Shown: piece by piece, positions 53,201-64,000 of the stretch
Layout: each line of letters opens with the position of its first letter
Position numbering within the stretch: position 1 is the first letter of the stretch
Source of the DNA: Bugula neritina
Lineage: Eukaryota > Animalia > Bryozoa
NCBI GenBank assembly: GCA_964035545.1
Contig: OZ037765.1
Coordinates: 1,426,001-1,490,000 of the forward strand
Direction of reading: 5' to 3'
Length of the DNA stretch: 64,000 nt
Program-made: the position numbers and the translations under genes
The notes under the pieces: generated by a model
What the model saw: the letters and a program-made list of their open reading frames with translations, nothing else
Databases searched by the model: none
Told to the model about the DNA's origin: nothing

Positions 53201-56200
53201 AAGTTTTAACCAATTAGAGCTTACCATACACAGTGTTGACGACCTTCCTGACGTAGTTCTCTATAGCCCTCCATATCAGCAGACCGTCATCTCTATAGTG
53301 ATAGTTAGGAAGTGCACTCACATCGTCCACTCCCCTTCTCTTCAAGTTCTTCACGAAGTTCCCGTCTTCCTGCAGATTCCACTCCGCCCACTTCAGACGG
53401 ATGATGTTGAACATGCCGACTCGACCAATGCTCATTGTCTTCTCTATCCACCCGTCAGTAGACACCAGTGACTGGATTGCTCCACTAAAATTGCATAAAG
53501 TGGACACAACTACTACGTTGACCAACAGCATCAATATTCAAAGCATCACAGTTAAACCAGCTGTAAATCACAAAGCTGGCACTTACAACTTTCTAGTGTT
53601 AGATTCAATAAAAAAATGATCCATTGAAAACTAAAACTGAAAGCATTATTTTAATGAACTCTTTTCAATAATGCATGTCAATAGAAATTTAAAACAAATA
53701 TCTTCCGGTTTTTATCCAAGCTCTCTCACCCAACACGGTATTTGAAAAGTAAAACAAACAACAATATTGCTAGACTTACTCATTGATAGGCATGACATAG
53801 AGGAAGTGGGGAGCTAGCAGCCTGAACATGGGATGAGAGGGAGACAACTCCCTGTGAGTGCAGACGGCAACAGACTCTATTAGCAGATGAGTGTGACCTG
53901 TGAGAATAGAATGAGTATTTCTTTAAGACAAATAGTGGAAAAAGTAAAATCATGAAATGCTTCAATTTGTAGACCACAATTACTGTGGTAATCCAGTCAA
54001 GGGCAGTTGTAATTATTGTCATAAGTTAATGAAAGCTGCCAGCAACTATAAAACCAGAGGTACAAACCAAGATGGCTGGCTGACTCATGATCTGCTGTTT
54101 CGGCAAAGTTGAACCACATTTTGGCAGCCATCCAAGTGTACTCTGGGTCAGCAGGCGTGAACACCTACGCAAATGGCAAAGAAAATGAATGGAAAATTTT
54201 TAAATCCTCTATTATAAAACTATTTCTAGACGAATAGTAAACTTTGTTCAAAACAGATTTTAATACTTATTATTAGAAACCAATTAAAATGATTGTTATA
54301 AAAATATTATTGCAACAATTGTCAACTGTACTGAAAGGGAACAACATTTATTTCTATAAATTGCAAAATTGCTAATTTCGAAAAATATTTTATTAAGTTT
54401 AACAATTTTTCTAGTAGCATGATTGTCATAAAAATTTAAAGCAAATGAACAGGGAAATGAATTGAATACATACAGGGTTATCTGATCCTGGCTTAGGCAT
54501 CAACTGAATAGCCACGGGTACTAAGTCTTCCGAGTCCTTGACATAGAGCAGACACGTTGGCCCCGGCAACTGAAAAACAAATAATTTAAAATAACTCGAG
54601 GTAGGCAGCAAGATTGAAACTTAAACACAAACCTGCTATAATAATGTTGGTGCTATAAATTTGGTTGCGACAAATAATGGGCTTAATGCAAACAAATATA
54701 TGCTATTTGGGTAAGTGATATCAAGGAAAATAATAATATTAGTTTTTCAAACTAATTTTAATTCTATAATAGGCAGTTTTATTTAAGAAATGTCGCCCTA
54801 TCATGCAGAAATAAGTGAGCAATTGAAAAATTAAGTCAATCTAATATTACTCAAAATGCGAAGTGAGCAAAAAATCAAAATGACTATTTAATAACCCATT
54901 ATTAAATACATTCAAGAATTTGAACAATTTATTTTTTTAAAGAAAACTCCTCCTAACAATTAGCAAGTTTTATTGTTTAAGCTAACTTTTTTAAAAAATA
55001 ATTTCATGAGAATTTTAAGTAATAAGATCATACTGTGAATATTATAATATAATTTTTCACAGTTGGGTTGTATAACAAAAAAATCTAAATGAGTCTATCC
55101 TAACTAATATTGTGTACAATCAAAATCAAAATCATCTAAAAATTTTAAAACAATAATTGAAAAAAGTAACACAATTGTATATGTTGCATTCTATAGCATG
55201 TCTTTATGTTAAATAAACCTAGTAAACCTCATGATATGACAGCCCACACAGAGGCAGTAAATTATCAAGTTATATTAAATCCTAGCATCATATATTGTCT
55301 CACAACCATGTAGGGAACAGTACAAGATCGCTTACCACACAAGATCTGGGACATTCAATCTCTGAGAGATACCTCAGGTCTATCATATACAGCCTTTTCT
55401 GGGAGAGGGCGGTCTGTAGAGTCTTCCCCTCCAGAAACGGTTCAACAAGGTCTGCTGTGACTGCAAAGCTGCAAACAGACGATCACACTGTCAGATTTAC
55501 TGGTAAAATAATGAAACTAGTGAAATACTTATTGTCTGTTGAACCATATGCATATAGACAAATAAGTAGATACACAGACAGACACACAGACAAACATACA
55601 GCCAAAATATTTATTTCAACAAGAATTTTCAAAGAAGTTCTTTGCAATTTAAAAAAATAATTTTTACAATCTTTGTGCTACTTATTAACTTTTTAATTAT
55701 TGGATAACATATTAGTCGGGAATTTGAGTTTATTTGATCACATACTAGTCGGGAATTTGAGTACAGAGCTGTATTATTCCAGGATTACATCCACACAACT
55801 TCTGGTTACCAAAGGACTCGTCTAATCGCCAGTCTTTCATTCCCTAAAAGATGAAAGAAATGAACTTCCTGTTTAACTGACTAATTATTAATTGCTTCTA
55901 AAGTTATTGAAATTTGTTTCTTCAACACTAAATGTTTAATATTGCTAAAGTTGCTGCAAATGCGAAATATCTAGACAGCTTAAGTCTCGCACTACAACCT
56001 ACTTAATACTCTTTCTGATTTTATTGAGACAATATATATGTCAGTTTGTTGAAAAAAAAATTTGAAAAACGAAAATATCTCTTATGTTACACAACAGGCC
56101 TATTTCCTTTTGAATAAACTGAAACTCATCTCAAGAGCAGAAAACTTCTCTTTTTGTAACAAATTAAATTTAGCATAAACTTATAACAAATGATTAATTA

Positions 56201-58755
56201 GACACATGAAACATGATTAATTCCTTTTGCAGATTACTACGATAAAAATTTGTTGCCATAGAAACAGGATATCTTACGGAAGGAACTTTGATGTTGCATT
56301 TCTTGAAGATATCCTTCATATCCTGAAGACTGTCAAACTCGGGAGTTGTCCAATCTATTAGTGTAGTTTTTATCAGCTGTGAGGCATACTCCTTGGCAAT
56401 ATCAAACTACAGGAGAAAGCAAATCCTTGCAATACGTAAAATTTCTTAGATTGCAAAATACGTTACATACAGTTTCATTTGTTGTCATTACTCTATAACA
56501 CTCCTCTAAACTCCAAAGTCTAATGTTAACTAAAGCAATATAACACAATCCAGTTTAAAACCAGCTACAAGTATTCATGTTTTATTATCTAGCCAACAAA
56601 TATACAATTAATGCTTTTTTAACTAAACTTTAATATTCTCTCTTGGGAATTACTTTCAAAGGAGTTTTTCTCTGCACATAACGACAAGAAAAGAGCAAAT
56701 AAAACTAGCAAGTTTGAGTAAGTTTTAGAAAAAAGTAAAACATCCCTCATTTTTAGTACACAATATATTGCAGCAGCAGCAGCATATTATATTGTTGAAA
56801 GAATAATTTATTCAAATAAGCCATGACGTTGCGAGCAAGCGTTATATTTGAACACCATGCAGTAGCTTATGGGTAAATAATCCACTAGTATTATAACTAT
56901 GTAAGGTTAGTTACTTTTAGTACAGCAGTGTTTGAATAATATTATATAACAACTTACTTCATATGCATAAGAAAACTGCTCATCTTCAGGCAGGATTTCA
57001 ACCTGTACAAAAGAAGACAATTCCCAAAAATAAAATATCATTAATTATGCAAGTGCATTAAAATGCTTATACTAAGTGTAGACAAAATCGTTAATTAGCC
57101 TTAGGTAGCAAAAAATATCAACTGCTTAAACTACAAGCAATGCATACCCTCTTCAACTGATTTTTGGATTTTTACTGCCCTTGTTTAACTGATCACAACA
57201 ATTTAATAACTCACGCAAGTTTATAGTCACTATCCCTGTGAGAAACCCCTGATAGAAAGGGCTTTTGTTGAAGCGGGCTAAGGACTTATTTAAATGAGGC
57301 ACAGAAGCAATTATGACTGGATGCTCTTCCTAACATCACCAATGGCCTTTGTCAGGGCTCGAACCCATGACCTTTGTGTCTACTAGGCAAACGCTCTAAC
57401 CCCTAGACCACGGCTGCTCAGATCACAACAATTTAATATGATTGAAAAAACATTGCTTTAACCCACCCAAAAATAATATGTACATATAATCTTTGTGACA
57501 CAAAAAATTTCCTAGTTTTTAGAATATGCCACTTACTGATTTATTGCGTGTAATAAAATCAGTTGTAAAGAAATTTATCATATATTTAATTCTTCTGCCA
57601 ATTTTTACAGCATAGAAATTAAATTTTAATTAAGTTTACCTATCATAGACACATATATGCATTAGAAAAAGTCCACATGAATGCACTGTGCACAGTTTTT
57701 CTTGCACTGCACAATGTATTTTTTAAAATGCACAAAACAGAGTTAGAGTTAGTAAGTCTCAAGCTATCTAGTAATATAACAAGCCTGCTGGTAGAAGACA
57801 TCAACATACCTGCCGTGGGGCACCCAAAATCTTTGACACCAGAATGTACCTCTCTCTCTTCTGTTTCAACTCTTTCTCGCGTTGTTCCGGATGTTTCTCA
57901 AACTGTGGCAAAGTAGTATCGAACTCAACAAGAGAGAGTTTAGTGCTAGCGTGAATCCAGCGGTGAAACGGAAAGATACTCGGTTTGGAGTTGTCAGTAA
58001 TGCAGGTTATTTCAACTCGATCCACAAACCTGAAATACCAGCAAGAGAGGAGTTAGACTAAAGAGTTTTCATCTCACGCTGACTTTTATTACTCAGTAAA
58101 GCCAAATTATCAGTGACAAAGTGCCAATACTTTAGCATAAACATAGTTTAAATATTATAAGCATAATCATAGCAGTTGTTAGCCTATAAAGTATGCGATG
58201 AGTAAGTAGGAGGAGATTATTTCCCATAAGGTGTTGCTACGATAAAGATAGCTTTGCAAGCATTCTGCATGAGGGAATAAAATATTATAACAAAACTTGC
58301 CAATCGTCTTTCGCCCCGGCCTCATCTCTTCGTACAGAAATTTCTTTTATTTTTGTGAGGCCTGGAAGGTCAAGGTTGAATTGCTCTTGTTGACCTTTGC
58401 GGAAATCATTGTTCCACACTGATGTAAGCTTTATTTCTTTACTTGCACAATCTTTTACGTCTGTCAGTGTGAGATGCACCTACATTTTTTTATAAAATTA
58501 TTATAAATTATATTCTTTAACAAAGTTTACAAACCATTTGTTTTTAAATTTGATGAACATACAATTCTCTTTTGGTTTGTATTATATAAACAGATAATAT
58601 ATCATGTTGATTAGGAGCAGAAGTAAGAATAAATAACAAAATGGAGTCAGCAAGGAGTAGTCTTCCCTTACATTAATGTCAGTTGCTCCACCAGATTTCT
58701 TGTCTCCGGTCGTCACTACAACCTTGTGAGTTTTAGTAGTCTGACAATTTCCCAT
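50280..58755 (-). CDS. Lipoxygenase (PLAT + LOX catalytic domain), 15 exons, 661 aa
   Basis: Exons 58755-58672, 58479-58301, 58029-57810, 57002-56958, 56406-56278, 55843-55746, 55468-55336, 54569-54474, 54164-54068, 53897-53780, 53484-53225, 52861-52785, 51967-51797, 50855-50692, 50394-50280 total 1986 nt. Motifs: VVTTGDKKSGGATD, DDWFVDRV, FPFHRW, GCNP, WMAAKMWF, HESASHLGHTHL, HRELSPSHP, YHYRDDG, AVHASLNFGQYD, and C-terminal PNSISI*. Confidence 0.96.
50444..50555. repeat. 30-bp tandem repeat x4, each unit with CCAATCAG
   Basis: CCAAT at 50458, 50488, 50518 and 50548. Confidence 0.9.
50917..51197. repeat. (TCAC)n microsatellite
   Basis: Direct reading; explains the spurious SLTH ORF. Confidence 0.97.
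51455..51752. mobile_element. Foldback-type MITE with tandemly repeated ~15-bp IR units
   Basis: (GGTAAAAATGGCAC-like)n on the left, inverted on the right, with a C-rich cctaaacc core. Flanked by an 8-bp direct repeat ATGTAAAG (51447-51454 and 51753-51760). Confidence 0.85.
57208..57419 (-). mobile_element. Same SINE family, young full-length copy
   Basis: Flanked by a perfect direct repeat gatcacaacaatttaat (57191-57207 and 57421-57437). Intact B box GGTTCGAGCCC. Confidence 0.9.
58030..58300 (-). other. GC-AG intron (lipoxygenase intron 2)
   Basis: Donor TG|GCAAGT. Splicing here restores the conserved PLAT motif DDW-FVDRV; unspliced reading hits a stop. Confidence 0.9.
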
Positions 58756-59751
58756 GATTCCTCAGTACGCCTGCGGTAAACTGGATAAGTGAAGATTAAA
58801 CTGTTGAAAGGTTTTACAACCAGTAAAGGCTCCTGTAACACTACAAATATATGATATTGTCAAAAAAATTTAATTTTTTGTTTAAGTTAAAGCCAAATTT
58901 CTAGGACAAAGATAAAATTGCTCATTTTTGAACAATGGTCTAAAAGTTTTAGGAATATCTTCACTAATTTTTGTGCATCTAAAAGCAAATTCTAAGCTCA
59001 AATTTTCAATTAACTTATTTTAGTATAAAAACCAAAATAAAAAGCATTAGGTTGCTATAAAAAAATTTCAAATAATCACCCTTTTCAAACAACAATTTTT
59101 TGAGAATAATTTCACTAACCTTGACACAAAGTTTCTTTTCAAGAGAGCAATACGCCTCATGCAGACACGGCAGCTTTGTGGCCATCGAGATAGTATTTCT
59201 CAGTTAATATATTATTAGCTAATCACTCCTGACAACAAGACCGTGTGTTGTTAGAAACCTCATTGTTTACATGACCACACACTTATCCGATGGGACAATG
59301 TACATAATAAAAAACAGCATGAGATCATGATATATTGATAACTTATAGTATTCTTCAATTCCCAAACCACAGCTCAGTATAATGCAGTATGAAATTTATA
59401 CAGTTAGAAAAAGTTAGCATTGTTTGAGAACGAGTTGAAATAGACAGCGAGTTTACTGGACAACAAAAATCAATACTGAGTTAAACAGTCAGTGCAGATG
59501 TAAACAGGGTGGAAACTGTTTACAAAAATAGTAACAAACACCTGGAAACACCTGAAATATTATGACTGATGATTCAGGCAGTACAGAACTTTGTAGAATG
59601 GCCAGGACTCAATTTGAATCAAAAACTACTTTTCTAATACTATAAATTGAATAGAAACCTTATAATATAATAATTACATTATATGAAGTACATCGCTTAT
59701 AATTATCATATTACAATAAAAAATGAATAAACTTTGTTATATATGATACTC

Positions 59752-59860
59752 AACTCATGCAAGTTTATAATCACCATCCCTGTGAGAAACCCCTGATGGA
59801 AGGTTTTTTGTTAAAGCAAGCTGAGGACTTATTCAGATGAGGCACAGGAGCAATTATGAC
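59752..59860 (-). mobile_element. Same SINE family, 5'-truncated copy
   Basis: aactcatgcaagtttata..gaggcacaggagcaattatgac matches the SINE 3' half. Confidence 0.8.
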
Positions 59861-61794
59861 ACATTTCTAGTCAAACAAAAGCTACAATTTATACCAACTA
59901 ATGTAAAAGATGAAAGCACTATAGTAGCAATGTTTGAGTACATGTATGTTATAGCATAAGAAAAATAAAAGCTTAGCATTTTTATATTCTGAACTATACA
60001 AAGCCCCTATTAAAGGACGCTTTCGGATTCCCTAATAGTAAAGAATTTGAAAGCGGCCTAAGTCAATCTATCAGAAACAAAAATTGTGGTAATAACTGCT
60101 TCTGGCATACGCTGAAAAACCTCACAATAAGCAGTCATACCTTGGCTATACAGAAGTAGTAAAGCTGAACAGTCAATATATATACATACTGTCACACAGC
60201 TTTCATACAACTTAAAGCACTTTATATACAGGAGAGCATAACTCTCCCAGTGAAGTGCCATCTTCACCTCATTATTCATTTCACAGCACATAACATAAGT
60301 TGAGAAATAGCAGAATAAGTAAATAAATAAATAAAGAATAAGTAATGTTACAAATTTTAGATCATCATCAACTGTATTACTGACCTGCTTGCAATAGTAA
60401 CTTTGTATCTATAACAGCAAGTTAAATATGTTGGTAAGTAAAAATAAAAACATGGAAATATAATTTAGACACTGCATGTACCTTAACTTAGGATGGCTTA
60501 AGAAAGTTTCAACCTCGGTGTTTTCAGATATACCCTCTAATTCATCTGCAGATATACTCTTTAAATCATCTGCATATATATACTCTTTAAATCATCTGCA
60601 GATAGCTTCTCTGACTCATGCCTGTAGATTACCTCTTTACATCAGCTCCATAATACTTGATTCACACAGAGTTAAGAGGGGAGCACACTTATGTAGATAT
60701 TTCCACAAAATTAGATACAATACACCAAGCCAAAAGCTCATTGCTTTTTACTTTGTGACCAACAATCTAAAATGCTTGGATCACATTTTTTCTTTCCATT
60801 GTCTAAAAAGACTCAAATTTGTTATCATAACGTTATTGGAGTTAAAATAGTATTCCAAAATTATTAAGTTTAAATAGCACTATAGTTGCTATTTTAGTTT
60901 TGAATGAGTTTTTGTAAAGTTTCAGTATTAAAATTCACTAATAATCTGTTCATATAACAGGATTTTCTCTATTATTGTTCTAACTTTACCACGTCTAATA
61001 AAAGCAGTGCTATGTATACCAGCTTCTTGTTTGAGCATGTTACAGTCCTACACCCTCAATAGTTATTATATAGGGTACCTTGGCCAACATATATACATAT
61101 CACGTTATCACTGACTGACGGTGTATGTTAGTTTAGAATGCAACTGTACATTCACACCCCAGCTGTCCCATATCTCTAGTTTCTCACACTTTGCTTTGGT
61201 AGACTTTTGAGTTGATTCACTTTGAGTTCTAAATCTAAGTACGCATAGTTGAGTGAAACATGGCCAGACTAGCAGGTACTCCTGTAGCACTTCTAGACTA
61301 CTAATTGCCTTACTTATTTTGTTGATTAATTTTGTTATTCTTTTATTACTTTAATCTTATTTACTTAGAGTTGTTATTCTTTTCTTACATTTATTCTTTG
61401 AAGAATTTTTTCCCTGTAATATATTATATATAGAAACAATAAAAGTTTTCAAAGATTTTCTGGTTACGTGTGAAATAAATATTGTATTCTTTGCTATCAT
61501 TATTTTGCTTTACCAAAGCAATTAGTACGCGAATGAAGCTGAAGCCTCAGCAAACTTTAATTTTGGGTGACAGAATATTATGCTTTTCTGTTTTTAAAAG
61601 GGCATTTAGGTGCACTGGCAAAGTCATTTCAATAGCCTAATTTCTTTAATTTTATATACATTTTGGTTTAGAGCATGAATTGAAATTCCCTCAAGAACAT
61701 AAGTTCTTTCGCTAAATCTAAAACACAAGCTGGTTTCAATTTTTCCATTACTGCACCTATAATACCTCAAAAAGGAAGACACTATAAAATCCAT

Positions 61795-64000
<2,206 letters not shown>

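Noticed and set aside
55746-55843. Apparent frameshift in LOX exon 6
   Set aside because: On re-reading the frame is intact (GNQKLCGCNPGII); total CDS is 1986 nt.
58756-61700. Catalase-like allene oxide synthase domain fused upstream of the LOX
   Set aside because: The LOX begins directly with MGNC + PLAT, and no AOS-like exons are evident upstream.

Overview
AT-rich, intron-rich eukaryotic (invertebrate animal) genomic DNA. A marine lophotrochozoan such as a bryozoan is my inference from gene content and repeats, not a demonstrated fact. No CRISPR arrays, rRNA or convincing functional tRNA genes. I hand-spliced eight protein-coding genes: (1,2) a tandem pair of ASIC-like DEG/ENaC channels on + (copy 1 lacks its first exons in this window; copy 2 is complete, 9 exons, 466 aa); (3) SPT2 histone chaperone (+, 505 aa); (4) a ~997-aa two-exon, Ser/Pro-rich disordered protein with regular 8-residue KSP repeats (+); (5) a small uncharacterised gene with an RFX X-box/forkhead promoter, probably ciliary (+); (6) a multi-promoter gene with two AKAP2/MISP-like 'E(S/T)PIEREIR..REREE.L' motifs (-); (7) a complete 15-exon PLAT+lipoxygenase (-, 661 aa) with an MGNC acylation signal, a GC-AG intron and Ala at the Coffa-Brash site; (8) a short-chain collagen C4/spongin-like gene (+, runs off the end) with an in-frame TAA inside its signal peptide. 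Mobile DNA includes a tRNA-Thr-derived SINE (7 copies), a second tRNA-like repeat, a 3.3-kb TIR element inserted in a (TA)n tract, two MITE/foldback elements and many microsatellites. I see no clearly new biological system. The best leads are the ASIC-like pair (proton-sensing residues retained, desensitisation linker altered, patchy gene conversion), a possible RFX-regulated cluster of orphan genes, the acylated, putatively S-specific LOX, and the microsatellite-inserted transposon.
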